NCBI GenBank assembly: GCA_003649205.1
Contig: QMRC01000007.1
Coordinates: 21,937-85,936 of the forward strand
Origin: Thermoprotei archaeon
GTDB taxonomy: Archaea; Thermoproteota; Thermoprotei; Thermoproteales; B15-G16
Direction of reading: 5' to 3'
DNA: 64,000 bases
Shown: positions 39,069 to 49,426 of the stretch, one piece after another
Numbering within the stretch: position 1 is the first letter of the stretch
How the letters are laid out: the number at the start of each line of letters is the position of its first letter
Program-made: the position numbers and the translations under genes
The notes under the pieces: generated by a model
What the model was told of the DNA's origin: nothing
Databases searched by the model: none
The model's input: the letters and a program-made list of their open reading frames with translations, nothing else

Positions 39069-41630
39069 TTACACACCTCCTACTACTCGACTTATGATGC
39101 TCCTTCTCTTCAGTACGTAGCAGATGAGTATGGTAGCAATAGCTATGAGAGCTATGATAACGAACATTGTTATCTTGACTTCAGCTTTCTCGACAACTAC
39201 ATTAACTACCTTACTTGTACTTAATTCTCTACCTTCCTGAGTCCAAAAGATGTCGAATTCAATGGGGTTTTTCCCGATTGGTATAGCATCACTGACATCT
39301 ATCTCCATAGCTACAACTCTACTCTCCTCTGGACCCACATCTCCGACCAATATCGTTGTCGTGCCTGTGATGTAGGGAGATACCAAGCTAATTCTCACAT
39401 CTCTACACATAACCTTACCCAAGTTTTTAAGCACTAAAAGCAATTTCACACCTCTCATACCTGGTTTTAAAACCTTTGGACTCTTAATCTCAATACTCCA
39501 CCTAGCCTTCCCATACACCAGGAGTGGGACAGGAATCGACTTATTAATCACGTAACTACCTCTTACATCCAGATGTAGCTCATGTAGTCCCTCATAACCT
39601 TCTGAAATATCCATTACGAAGGTCACAGTCACAGTATTGCCAACAGGTAGGTAGGGTATTGTATATGTATCTGAGCCAGCGTAGGTTGGTTTAGTCACAT
39701 TACCTCTAAGTACTAGCTTCAAGTTCTTAGCTGGGTAATTACCTATGTTCGTTACTGTAACCTGAATCCTAACTGCTCTATCTCCATCGAAGATAGGTGT
39801 TGGTATCGTTAGTACGTGTGCTACAGCTATCTCAGCTAAACCTCTGACCTCAAATCCTACTGGTGTTAGGACTCTGTAGCTCTTACCCCACTTATCTTCG
39901 TACAGGATACTTAGATAGAGCTGTACTGCACCATAGACTACAGGTTGAATGAAGAGCCTAAATGCTGTAGTTACTGTCTCATTTTCTCTCAGTACAGGGT
40001 AGAAGTATCTACCTGGGCTAGCTAACGATACGTACTTCTCAGAGCCAGGAGCAGGTGTCAGTACTATCGTTACATTGTATGCACTTCCCAAACCAACATT
40101 ACTGACAACTATCACCACTCTATTCACTCTATTCGGCTCAAGTGTCGAATTGAGTACAGCGTACGTTATGTATGGTTTTCCTCTCTCAAGGCTAATCAAG
40201 CTAAGGGTTATCGTATTGACGTAGGTACTACCTCTCGAATCCCTATAGGTGATGATAGCCCTTAAGTTCTGAACCCCAAATCTCTCTGTAGGTACGTAGA
40301 GCCCAATCTCTATCCTCTTGCTTGATCCAGGAGGTACCGTACCAACATCAATGACCGTAGGCCCTAATACAGCTAATTGAGGTGTTGGTTGAAGGTTAAG
40401 TACAACATCGTGAGCAGTATCGCCACCAACATTCTTGACCTCGAGGTAAACCCTCTGAACCTCACCTGGACTTACCTGCCTTGGCTCCATCTCAAGCACT
40501 ATCAGTGGTGCTTCAGCTCTCACAATGACGAATCCTAGAGTAACAGTCTCTAGATGTGATCTATCGAGGTCATCAGTATAGTGTACCGTAAGTGCTACGT
40601 CAGCACCACCAATGGCATTAGGATCAGCGTATAGACCTAACTTCACAGAAGCTATTGCTTCAGGAGGTATATCACCAACATAGAGCTTACTCCGGCCAAC
40701 AACTGTTAGCTTTGGCGAATGAGTTATAACCTCGATCGTCACATTCTTTGCTGTACCTGGCCCCCTATTCTCCACTAGTACATCCACAACTTCTTGAACA
40801 CCAGCTTTGAGTGAGGTCTTCGATGTGTAGATTACTAGCTCTGGCGTAGGTACCTCAGCTATCTTAAACCCCATGGTGTAGGTCATGTAAAACCTACCAG
40901 AGGTGTCGTAGTACGTAATTCTTATAGTTACTGAGGTTGTATCACCTGATCGTGAGCTAGGGTATATTGAGAAACGTACCTCAGCTACTTGATCCTGATC
41001 TAGTACAGCAAACCTACCTACAACACTCTCCGTGGTTACCGTAACGGAGGGATCTGCTGTGTAAACTTCAATTGCTACATCCCTAGCAGTAGCTGTACCA
41101 TTATTTTCTATCAAGACCGTAACCTCATTCTCAACCTCTTTAGTAAGTGTACGTGGTCTATAATCAATGACTACTAGATCGGGTTCACCAGCTATAGATA
41201 TTGTGAGTTCCGTACTCCAGATAAGTGAGGTGCAGTTCTTGAGGTACCTAATTTCTAGGGGTAGTACGTACGTTGTTAACTTAGCCTCATCTGGAACCCT
41301 AAAGGTGAATGTGAAGGTTACTACACGTGGATAAACAACGGTCCCATTGTAGGTATCTACCACATAGTACTCATACCCATAGAGCTTCGTTAAGTTTAGC
41401 CTAGCAGTTACGTTGTTAATAGGTGTAGGTGACAGGCACTTTATCATAACCTCTAAAGTAGCTAAGGCACCCCTTCTCACAGGTGCTGTCCAATAACAAT
41501 CCACAACACACCAATCATCAACATCCTCACTCCTCACTGCATAAGTACTCGGTAGTACAGTAAGGAATATCGTAGTGATTAATACAATGAGTAGTGCGAG
41601 TAGTGCTCGGTGAATTGAGGAGTTACACAT
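39069..41630 (-). CDS. COG1361 S-layer-domain surface protein with tandem Ig-like repeats
   Basis: Signal peptide, repeated V..N.G...A..V.I units, C-terminal TM and basic tail. Confidence 0.8.
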   Translation of the reverse strand: MCNSSIHRALLALLIVLITTIFLTVLPSTYAVRSEDVDDWCVVDCYWTAPVRRGALATLEVMIKCLSPTPINNVTARLNLTKLYGYEYYVVDTYNGTVVYPRVVTFTFTFRVPDEAKLTTYVLPLEIRYLKNCTSLIWSTELTISIAGEPDLVVIDYRPRTLTKEVENEVTVLIENNGTATARDVAIEVYTADPSVTVTTESVVGRFAVLDQDQVAEVRFSIYPSSRSGDTTSVTIRITYYDTSGRFYMTYTMGFKIAEVPTPELVIYTSKTSLKAGVQEVVDVLVENRGPGTAKNVTIEVITHSPKLTVVGRSKLYVGDIPPEAIASVKLGLYADPNAIGGADVALTVHYTDDLDRSHLETVTLGFVIVRAEAPLIVLEMEPRQVSPGEVQRVYLEVKNVGGDTAHDVVLNLQPTPQLAVLGPTVIDVGTVPPGSSKRIEIGLYVPTERFGVQNLRAIITYRDSRGSTYVNTITLSLISLERGKPYITYAVLNSTLEPNRVNRVVIVVSNVGLGSAYNVTIVLTPAPGSEKYVSLASPGRYFYPVLRENETVTTAFRLFIQPVVYGAVQLYLSILYEDKWGKSYRVLTPVGFEVRGLAEIAVAHVLTIPTPIFDGDRAVRIQVTVTNIGNYPAKNLKLVLRGNVTKPTYAGSDTYTIPYLPVGNTVTVTFVMDISEGYEGLHELHLDVRGSYVINKSIPVPLLVYGKARWSIEIKSPKVLKPGMRGVKLLLVLKNLGKVMCRDVRISLVSPYITGTTTILVGDVGPEESRVVAMEIDVSDAIPIGKNPIEFDIFWTQEGRELSTSKVVNVVVEKAEVKITMFVIIALIAIATILICYVLKRRSIISRVVGGV

Positions 41631-41631
41631 G

Positions 41632-42732
41632 CTACTCTAACCTCATCTTCAATAGGAACATCGAGAATATGAGGACAGTAACTGTGTACACGATCAATGC
41701 TGTGAACTCTGTAGATACATCAGCTAGTGTAGCACCCTTAATCATTATCTTGTAGAAGGCTTCAGCAAAGTAATAGGATGGGAGTGTATAGCTTATGAGC
41801 TTAATCTCCTTGGGGAAGAGTGCTACTGGTTTGAAGAATCCAGAGAAGAGTAGACATGGTATGAAGAAGAATATCGCTGTCTGCTGTGCCTGTAGCTGAT
41901 TTCGTGAAATTGCTGATATTACAAGCCCTATACTCAGTGATGTTAGTAAGAAAACAATACAGATCAGAATTAGGTCAGTTATTGGTCCCTTGATGTGTAC
42001 ATCAAATACTGAGATCCCTATGAATAGTGTGAAGAATAGATCGCCAAGTGTAGCTATGAAGTACGCAAGTAACTTACCCATGATTATCTCGTAGCGAGTA
42101 ATGGGTGTCATTATCAACATTTCGAAAGTACCCCTCTCTCTTTCTCGACAAATGGAGACAGAGATTAGTGACATAGGTACTAACTGTAGGAGGAGAGTAG
42201 CTATTACAGGCATGAAGCTTTCAATACTCTTCACAGTAGGTCCATACATCGTCACGTACTGTAGTTGAATTCTAAATAAGTTGAATCTAGAGCCTAAAGC
42301 TTCAACATAAGCTTGAGCTACGTATGCCATACCCCGTCTAATTATGTCTGCTATTGCTGGTTTACTGACATCAATAATAACCTCAATGTAGCAGCTTTCA
42401 CCCTGAACTACCTTAGCCGTAAAGCCACTTGGTATGACTACTACGGCGTACACATGTCCTTTCCTCATAAGCTCTTTACCAATGTCAATGCTTGGTGGAT
42501 AGGCTACAACCTTAAAGAGACCTGTTTCCTCAAGTACGTCACACCACATGTAAGACAGGTACGTCCTATCTAGGTCAACAACAGCAATTGGAAGTGGTGT
42601 CTTAGTTTCACCATAACCGAGGCCAAACATCACCATGACTATCAACGGCATTAGGAATAGCATGAAGAAGGTACGTTTATCCCTCATTAACTGCACTAGC
42701 TCCTTCCTAACTAAAGAGATGATTAGCGTCAT
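41632..42732 (-). CDS. ABC-2 type transporter permease
   Basis: KE..Q..RD.R, RERERGTFE, GK, LFSGFF.P. Confidence 0.9.
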   Translation of the reverse strand: MTLIISLVRKELVQLMRDKRTFFMLFLMPLIVMVMFGLGYGETKTPLPIAVVDLDRTYLSYMWCDVLEETGLFKVVAYPPSIDIGKELMRKGHVYAVVVIPSGFTAKVVQGESCYIEVIIDVSKPAIADIIRRGMAYVAQAYVEALGSRFNLFRIQLQYVTMYGPTVKSIESFMPVIATLLLQLVPMSLISVSICRERERGTFEMLIMTPITRYEIIMGKLLAYFIATLGDLFFTLFIGISVFDVHIKGPITDLILICIVFLLTSLSIGLVISAISRNQLQAQQTAIFFFIPCLLFSGFFKPVALFPKEIKLISYTLPSYYFAEAFYKIMIKGATLADVSTEFTALIVYTVTVLIFSMFLLKMRLE

Positions 42733-43673
42733 GTAGAACCCTCAACTAACTTCACAAAGACATCTTCAAGAGATACGTGGATAGAACTACAACCCAACAC
42801 AGTAATGTGCTGAGCTTCTAAGCACCTAACCACCTCCGGAACAGCTACCTCAGCTGATTTAACAAGGAGTTTTACCTTAACTACATCACCTAGTGATTCC
42901 ACATCAGCAATAGAACCGAATTTCTCTAGTAGTGAAATCGCTTTCTGTACATCTACACTCCTTAGCGTGACAGCTACGAACTCCCCACCAAAAACCTCTC
43001 GTTTAATCTCACTAGGTGAACCCTCAGCAACTATCCTACCACGAAACATGAGAGCCAATTTATCACAGTACTCAGCTTCATCCATGTAGTGAGTAGTGAC
43101 TAGTATGGTAACACCCTCACGATTAAGCTCACGAAAGTACCTCCAGAAAGTCCTCCTAAGTGGTGGATCAACACCTGCAGTAGGTTCATCAAGTATAAGT
43201 ATCTCTGGGTTGTGAACAAGAGCGACAGCTAGAGCTAACCTCTGCTTAGTACCACCACTCAACTTACCAGCTAACCTATTCCTGTATTCACGAAGTTGAA
43301 ATCTCTCCAACAGCTCCCTAATCCTCAACTCAGCTTCCCTACCCCGAATACCGTAGAGAGAAGCAAAGAACTTGAGATTCTCATACACGGTCAAGTCTTC
43401 GTAAAGACTAAATCTCTGAGGCATATAACCAATAAACCTCAGTACCCTCTTCCTCTCTCTTCTAACATCATGACCAAGTACGTAGATTTCACCTCTAGTA
43501 GGTTCAAGTAAACCACATATCATCCTGAGAGTCGTCGTCTTACCAGCACCATTAGGCCCCAACAACCCAAATATCACACCTCGACTAACTCGAAGGTTTA
43601 CGTTATCAACCGCCTTGAAGTTACCAAACACCTTTGTCAGCTCAATCGTCTCGATCGCTAACATCCTAGTCAC
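42729..43673 (-). CDS. ABC-2 transporter ATP-binding protein
   Basis: GPNGAGKTT, LSGG, LDEPTAGVD, TTHYMDEA. Confidence 0.93.
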   Translation of the reverse strand: MTRMLAIETIELTKVFGNFKAVDNVNLRVSRGVIFGLLGPNGAGKTTTLRMICGLLEPTRGEIYVLGHDVRRERKRVLRFIGYMPQRFSLYEDLTVYENLKFFASLYGIRGREAELRIRELLERFQLREYRNRLAGKLSGGTKQRLALAVALVHNPEILILDEPTAGVDPPLRRTFWRYFRELNREGVTILVTTHYMDEAEYCDKLALMFRGRIVAEGSPSEIKREVFGGEFVAVTLRSVDVQKAISLLEKFGSIADVESLGDVVKVKLLVKSAEVAVPEVVRCLEAQHITVLGCSSIHVSLEDVFVKLVEGST

Positions 43674-43733
43674 CTGTTCTTGACTAAAGCCCCTAGAAAT
43701 ACTTTTTTAACTGATTAAAGTTAAAGGGTTAAT

Positions 43734-44510
43734 GTGGCTCTGAGAAGTCTCATCGAGAAGTTACCATCTTATAGACTACTTCGTGAGTACGGTCTTACGG
43801 GGTACGAAGCGTTAACACTACTGTACCTTGCAAGCGTACAAGAGGCTACACCTCGTGAAATTTCTGAGAAGACAGGTGTACCCTATACTAAGGTGTATGA
43901 AGTAATACGTAAGTTACATGGTAGAGGTTGGATTGAAGTTATTGAGGGTAGACCTATAGTATGTAAATTTAGATCGCTAGATTGCGTAATCAAGTCAATT
44001 AGAGATGATTTAGAGAGGAAGTTTAGAGAACTTGAATCATCACTAGCAGAGGATGTAGCTAGGTTAAGATTTGCTCAAAGTGTTAAGAGACCAACAGCCG
44101 TTGTTGTGTATCGATTGCCAGAAGCTATTGAGTATGTCGTATCCTCAGTTAGAGCTGCACAGCATGCTATCTGGTTCTTAATAGCTTACGTTGATGATGT
44201 GCTTCAGCAAGTACTTGCAAAGTTGAGAGTTGGTGCAGAGGTAGAGATTAGAGCAATTATTAGTCAAAGCTGTGGTAATGCTGTACTAGCACTTCTCAAA
44301 ACTCTGAGTAAGAGATGTAGTATCAAGTACATAAAGTCACTCGTCCCCCTAAATTTAGTGCTCATAGACCTTGCAAAGGTAATATTCATACCTAGCTACG
44401 TGTTAGCTACAACAACCCTAAAACCAAGTATCTTAGTGGTTGATGATAGTGAAGTTGCTATAACAACGAAGAACTACCTTGAATTTCTATGGAGACATGC
44501 CTCTAGCTAG
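43734..44510 (+). CDS. TrmB-family transcriptional regulator
   Basis: GLTGYEA, ISEKTGVPYTKVYEV, GWIE...GRP. Confidence 0.85.
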   Translation: MALRSLIEKLPSYRLLREYGLTGYEALTLLYLASVQEATPREISEKTGVPYTKVYEVIRKLHGRGWIEVIEGRPIVCKFRSLDCVIKSIRDDLERKFRELESSLAEDVARLRFAQSVKRPTAVVVYRLPEAIEYVVSSVRAAQHAIWFLIAYVDDVLQQVLAKLRVGAEVEIRAIISQSCGNAVLALLKTLSKRCSIKYIKSLVPLNLVLIDLAKVIFIPSYVLATTTLKPSILVVDDSEVAITTKNYLEFLWRHASS

Positions 44511-46145
44511 CTCCTCGACCTTCTTCATCACAACTTCTTCAAGAAGTGATACTGGAAGTACTCCCTCTTCCAGTAGTAACCTGTGGAACACGTCTTCTCT
44601 GAACCTAGATCCAAGTAATTTCCTGACCTTCTCTCTAAGTCTCTTTATTCTGTACTTACCATACATATAGCATAGCTGATACCCTTGATCAATAGTGTAT
44701 CGCTTAACCTCTCTAATAGCTCCTTCCCTGGACATGAAAGCAACCCTCATTAACATATCAACAGCTTCGTCGAAGCTCATGGATCCAGTACTTAGCTTAA
44801 CATCTATAACAACTCTAGCTGCTCTCCAGAGAGCATCTACTAAGACCACTGTTCTGTACTCTGGCTCACTATGGAAACCATGTTCTAGAAGTAGCTCCTC
44901 ACAATAATGCGCCCATCCCTCTATGAAGCTTGTAGCTACGTTAGATGCTATAGCTATGAACTTTCTGATTATGTTTGGTGTTGCTTGTATCCAGGCAAAT
45001 TGTGTGTGGTGTCCTGGATATGCTTCATGTACACTAGTATTGAGTATGCTGTACCAACTATGCTCTTTCATGAGATCTTCACTTTCAGGAGGGGTTACGA
45101 GGTAAAGACCTTCCCTCACATAGGAGAAGAGTGGTGGTGGTATGTAGGCTGCAAATGGTATTATAGGTCTTAGGTACTCAGGGGTCTCGATAACTCTTAC
45201 CCTCTCACCCGCGGGTAAATCGACAATTTTGTGTCTAAGCACGAATTCACGAGCTTCAGAAATAGCTCTAGAGTACGTATCGAGTAACTTACTACGTTCC
45301 CTAACGTACCTTGACTTAACCTCCTCAACTAGTTTCTCAACTGAGATACCTCTTGAACTAGCTATCTTCTCAAGTTCTGTTCTAAGTCTAGCTATCTCCT
45401 CCTCACCTAGCTTGACCAAGACCTCTGGCTCTTCTGATATACCACGGATACGAAGTAGCTTTCGAAATAGCTCATACCCCATAGGTTTGAAGCCAGGTTT
45501 AGCCCTAGGCTTTACCTCATCTAGTAACCACCGTCTGAAGCGCTCAATTGTATTGAGCGCTCTACTACATGGAGCAGAAATGTCGTACCCATGTTCTCTA
45601 GCTAGCTTCTCAGCACTAGACAGAAGTAGGGGGAGTGCGGAACACATTTCCAGCGCTATGTCAGTCCATAATGTGTAAGGTTCATCGATAAGCTCGAGAG
45701 CGCCTAGCAGTACCTTATCGAGATTCCTTATCCTCTTCTCAAGAGCAATTAACCTGTGCTCCGTAGGTAGGTACGGTATGGTTAGTAACCTAAATAACAT
45801 AGCGCACGCTTTTTCAATATAGAGCGCGGGTACCATACGATAACACGGAAAGTCAACTAACCAGAAGAGGCAATCTTCTAAGAACATCTTAAATGCTCTA
45901 TAGTCTACCTGAGCACTGTACGGTAGCTCCTTCGGGTCAATGCTACTTAACTTCTCAAGCGTTCTCTTCGTTAATTCAGTAAGCTGTCTAAGAGTTTCCC
46001 TACTCACCACAGGCACTGAGCTGTCATACTGGTGAAATCCTAGTGCTGTTCCCACATCTGGATTTAACTCAAGGAAACTACGAATGTACTTCTCAATAGT
46101 CTCATAGAGCGTATCTACTGCAGTACTCATCCGACTACACCTCAA
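44487..46145 (-). CDS. DUF885-family protein (putative metallopeptidase)
   Basis: HEAYPGHH.Q, EGWAHYCE, RAARVVID, E..RY. Confidence 0.88.
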   Translation of the reverse strand: MRCSRMSTAVDTLYETIEKYIRSFLELNPDVGTALGFHQYDSSVPVVSRETLRQLTELTKRTLEKLSSIDPKELPYSAQVDYRAFKMFLEDCLFWLVDFPCYRMVPALYIEKACAMLFRLLTIPYLPTEHRLIALEKRIRNLDKVLLGALELIDEPYTLWTDIALEMCSALPLLLSSAEKLAREHGYDISAPCSRALNTIERFRRWLLDEVKPRAKPGFKPMGYELFRKLLRIRGISEEPEVLVKLGEEEIARLRTELEKIASSRGISVEKLVEEVKSRYVRERSKLLDTYSRAISEAREFVLRHKIVDLPAGERVRVIETPEYLRPIIPFAAYIPPPLFSYVREGLYLVTPPESEDLMKEHSWYSILNTSVHEAYPGHHTQFAWIQATPNIIRKFIAIASNVATSFIEGWAHYCEELLLEHGFHSEPEYRTVVLVDALWRAARVVIDVKLSTGSMSFDEAVDMLMRVAFMSREGAIREVKRYTIDQGYQLCYMYGKYRIKRLREKVRKLLGSRFREDVFHRLLLEEGVLPVSLLEEVVMKKVEELARGMSP

Positions 46146-46238
46146 GGAGCTTGAGTTTTGACCGAGGCGAAGCTAAAAATAAGTTTACACTTAAGTAACG
46201 TGGAGCCCTACTAGTAAAGGTACTTGAGGTGATTAAGT

Positions 46239-46790
46239 GTGGGTAAGGTTGAGTGTATGGATGATTTCTTCAAGTTACTTCATCCAAGACCTGTAGTTCT
46301 TATCGTTGCTCAGGGTAGGAGCAAGGTAAATGCTATGGCTTGCTCTTGGTGTACTCCTATTAGTGAGGAACCACCCACCGTTGGCGTAGTTCTTGCTAGG
46401 GAATCCTACACAAGGGAATTGATTCTGGAGTCGAAGGAGTTCACTATAAACATTCCATCTCGAGAACTACTTAGTGCTGTGTGGATTGCTGGTACTAAGA
46501 GTGGTCGTGATGTCGATAAAATAAAGCTCATGAACGTGACGCTGAAACCTAGTAAGAAGATCTCGACGCCAATCATCGAGGAGTGTATTGGTCACCTAGA
46601 GTGTAAGGTAATGTCTTGGTACGAGATTGGTGAGTGTACACTAATTGTGGGAGAAGTCTTGAGTGCGTACGCTGATGAGGATAAGCTGTATAGAGGTAAC
46701 TGGGATGTTAGAAAAGCTGAGGTGCTGCTTCACCTAGGTGGTTCGGTCTTCGTTATACCCTCGAAACAGGTGTACTTAGCCACTAAGTAG
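46239..46790 (+). CDS. Flavin reductase-like FMN-binding protein
   Basis: PRPVVL, NAMACSW, EFTIN, SGRDVDK, LEC, GEV. Confidence 0.88.
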   Translation: MGKVECMDDFFKLLHPRPVVLIVAQGRSKVNAMACSWCTPISEEPPTVGVVLARESYTRELILESKEFTINIPSRELLSAVWIAGTKSGRDVDKIKLMNVTLKPSKKISTPIIEECIGHLECKVMSWYEIGECTLIVGEVLSAYADEDKLYRGNWDVRKAEVLLHLGGSVFVIPSKQVYLATK

Positions 46791-46796
46791 GTGTAG

Positions 46797-46868
46797 TGTA
46801 CCCCGGCGGTGAAAGGTACCTTCATCGGTGGGAGAGTACTCCATCCTCAGGTCCTCGTCCCACCGGGG
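46797..46868 (-). ncRNA. Single-hairpin box H/ACA guide sRNA with K-turn
   Basis: Minus strand CCCCGGUGG/CCGCCGGGG basal stem, GACGA/UUUCA pocket, CUGA...GAUGA K-turn, ACA one nt after the stem. Confidence 0.7.
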
Positions 46869-46887
46869 CAGTACGGGTGTTGTTTAG

Positions 46888-47343
46888 ATGGGTATTAAGG
46901 TTAGCTACTTAATGTCGTTTAAACCGATCTTTGGTGAGCAGGTACTCACTGGCATTAAGAGTCATGAGGTTAGGAAGTTTCTTGGTCGTATTGAAGAGGG
47001 TTCTTGGGTTTTGGTCTATGAGTCCACTCCTGTTAGGGCGTTTACAGGTATCTTTCAAGTTGGGAGAGCGGATATTGTTGATGAAGATTGTGCTCTGGAG
47101 CTAATTCGTGGGTTTAGGGGTTATTCGGACCTTGATCTACCGTACATTGTGGGTAGGAGGAAGCTGGTAGTAATTGAGGTACGGAATCCTACTCGTTTTC
47201 ACGTTCCTGTATTCCTCGATGAGGTTAGGAGGTATTTCCCAAGCTTTAGACCACCTATGAGCTATGTGAGGGTTAAGTCCGGTACGCTATTATGTTCAGT
47301 GTGTGAATTCGTATTGAGGAGAGGGCTCTATGAAGAGACTTGA
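46888..47343 (+). CDS. ASCH/PUA-like domain protein
   Basis: SFKP...VLTGIKSHEVRK, VYESTPV...G, PPMSY. Confidence 0.8.
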   Translation: MGIKVSYLMSFKPIFGEQVLTGIKSHEVRKFLGRIEEGSWVLVYESTPVRAFTGIFQVGRADIVDEDCALELIRGFRGYSDLDLPYIVGRRKLVVIEVRNPTRFHVPVFLDEVRRYFPSFRPPMSYVRVKSGTLLCSVCEFVLRRGLYEET

Positions 47344-47626
47344 CGAGAAAACTCTAGGTAAGTTAGCTTACTACGTCTTAGCTGAGATTTCAGCAAGGTG
47401 GAGAGTTAGGAGGAAGTACCTGAAGACTTATAGGGTGATAACCTACTTCCTAGGTCACGAGATTTCTTGGCTTATTTTAACTAAGTTGAGGGAGGGTAAG
47501 TACATAGATTTTGATGATGATTATGTGGTGTGCCTTAAACCAATACGAGTGCAAAAACCTCTCCATAGGTTAGAAGCTGAGCTTCGTGACTACGTACGTA
47601 GTATTGTTACTTCGCTTCAACGCTGA
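47330..47626 (+). CDS. Hypothetical protein (possible winged helix)
   Basis: 98 aa ORF overlapping the ASCH gene; L..LREGKYI.F pattern. Confidence 0.6.
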   Translation: MKRLDEKTLGKLAYYVLAEISARWRVRRKYLKTYRVITYFLGHEISWLILTKLREGKYIDFDDDYVVCLKPIRVQKPLHRLEAELRDYVRSIVTSLQR

Positions 47627-48075
47627 ATTTCGTACTCTATCTCAATCAAACTGTCATACCTATCGATCACCATCCTACCAATGTACCTTCCTTTATAGAC
47701 CATCAGCGATGTAGGTATGTCAGATACGTCCAGAGTTAGGGTATCGCTCTCTTGCGCTAAGATCATGGGTATCGTCACAGGTGTACTGAACTTAATTATT
47801 AGCTCTCTCCCTGTAAATGTAGAGGAGACGACATAGGGTATACCGAGCTTCCTAATGTAGGCTTGTATCAGTGCAAATATCATGGCAACTATTATAGCTG
47901 AAAACTGAATGATTACAGCTGGTAGTGCATAGGCTGCAGACAGTATGGTGCTGAGTATGGAGCACACGATCACCAATGCAACACATAGCCGGGGTACAGA
48001 CTTAATAATCTTGAGCAAGGTGTTACGGTACTTAATCCTTACCCTTACCTTTTCCTCTCTTCTACGTAGGGGCAT
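47617..48075 (-). CDS. Hypothetical membrane protein (2 TM)
   Basis: Two hydrophobic segments after a basic N-terminus; GGTG RBS upstream. Confidence 0.65.
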   Translation of the reverse strand: MPLRRREEKVRVRIKYRNTLLKIIKSVPRLCVALVIVCSILSTILSAAYALPAVIIQFSAIIVAMIFALIQAYIRKLGIPYVVSSTFTGRELIIKFSTPVTIPMILAQESDTLTLDVSDIPTSLMVYKGRYIGRMVIDRYDSLIEIEYEIQR

Positions 48076-48085
48076 ACATACACAC

Positions 48086-48250
48086 CTACCTAAATATTAC
48101 AAAGGTGAAACCACAATCAACACATCTACACCTAACCATAGTCTTCTCAGTAGCTTCACGATCACGAAACTTAAGACTACTAAGTATGGCAACTCTAGTA
48201 CTACCACACTTAGGACACTTCAATTCCTTACTGAGTGAGGACATGACCAT
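48086..48250 (-). CDS. Small zinc-ribbon protein
   Basis: CPKCGS...CVDCGFTF; start at the ATG ending 48250 or 48244 (ORF track 48086-48367). Confidence 0.65.
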   Translation of the reverse strand: MVMSSLSKELKCPKCGSTRVAILSSLKFRDREATEKTMVRCRCVDCGFTFVIFR

Positions 48251-49376
48251 GCTCACACTAGTTTTTGTCAAATCAATACCAGTTAATAGTTGTTCCGCAG
48301 GTGGAGCTGAGGTATACGTGCATGAAGTAGGTAGGGAACTAACCGAGAGGTACTGCATAGACGTCATCGTAGTATCCTCTTCAGAGTCAGCAAGAGCAGG
48401 TACCTACACGATTGATGGTGTGAAGTATGTGCTGTCACGAGCTTCAAGTAGATACACATTCCTACTCATTGCACCGTACATCTTGAGGAAGTTAGTTAGG
48501 AAATTACTGGATGAAGGTCGTGAGGTCATTGTAGTGGATGAGTACACGACATATCCCTTCATGACCACTAAGTACCTGAAGAACGTACCCATAATGCTGC
48601 TGGTGCATCAGCTATCGTACGCAGTAGTATCGTATCAGTACAAGTTACCTGTAGAAATTGCATGGAGTGGCGAAGCTATACTTCTACGTCCCTACTTAAG
48701 CACGACATGTATTACGGTATCTCCGAGTGTAGCTATGGACCTACACGACATGGGGTTCAAAAGAGTGCAAATTGCTGAACCAGGTACACCAGTAGAACCG
48801 CTAAGTGATGTTCCTGAGAAGGCGGATTACCCACTCATAACCTGTGTATCTAGGTACGTACCGTACAAGAGATTGGAGCACATAGTGTATGCAGCATACA
48901 TAGTTAAGAAGTACGTACCTAAGTTCAGAGTGGTAGTAATTGGTAGGGGTTCCTGTAGATACCTAGTCAAGTTAATGAACTTAGTGAGGGAACTCAACCT
49001 AGGTAAGTACGTGAAGCTCCTTTACAATGTACCTCTTAGACAAAAGCTCGAGATACTTCGTAAATCCTGGCTACACGTAGTGACCTCAGTTTACGAAGGC
49101 TTCAATCTAGCTGTGTTAGAGGCTGCTGCATGCGGCACTCCTACACTAGCATATGCTGTTCGTGGATTAATTGATTCAGTTACATACATCGGTGGTTACC
49201 TATTGAGTGATCAAAACTACGAGAAGTTAGCTAGTGCGATATGTAGTCTCATTAACTCTCCAGATGATCTATTTAAGAGAGCTGAATTGTGTTTAGGTAG
49301 GGTAAAGTGCTTAACGTGGGAGAGAACGGCTGAGAAACTACGTAATATCATCAGGAATATACTGGTGGAAGGTTAA
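48243..49376 (+). CDS. Glycosyltransferase family 4 (GT-B)
   Basis: GGAEVY, TVS, VSRYVPYK, EGFNLAVLEAAACGTP; probable ATG at 48243/48249. Confidence 0.88.
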   Translation: MTMLTLVFVKSIPVNSCSAGGAEVYVHEVGRELTERYCIDVIVVSSSESARAGTYTIDGVKYVLSRASSRYTFLLIAPYILRKLVRKLLDEGREVIVVDEYTTYPFMTTKYLKNVPIMLLVHQLSYAVVSYQYKLPVEIAWSGEAILLRPYLSTTCITVSPSVAMDLHDMGFKRVQIAEPGTPVEPLSDVPEKADYPLITCVSRYVPYKRLEHIVYAAYIVKKYVPKFRVVVIGRGSCRYLVKLMNLVRELNLGKYVKLLYNVPLRQKLEILRKSWLHVVTSVYEGFNLAVLEAAACGTPTLAYAVRGLIDSVTYIGGYLLSDQNYEKLASAICSLINSPDDLFKRAELCLGRVKCLTWERTAEKLRNIIRNILVEG

Positions 49377-49426
49377 AAGCGTTTAATACACAGTATAGAT
49401 AAGTACCTCAGCAGTAGTATCTGTAG

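Noticed and set aside
46801-46868. Hairpin as hammerhead ribozyme, MITE or terminator
   Set aside because: CUGAGGA is present on the minus strand but there is no correctly placed GAAA/NUH core, no target-site duplication or second copy, and no U-tract; H/ACA architecture fits better
48105-48242. N-terminal extension of the glycosyltransferase ORF
   Set aside because: The GT4 fold begins at MLTLVFV; the upstream part is antisense to the zinc-ribbon gene
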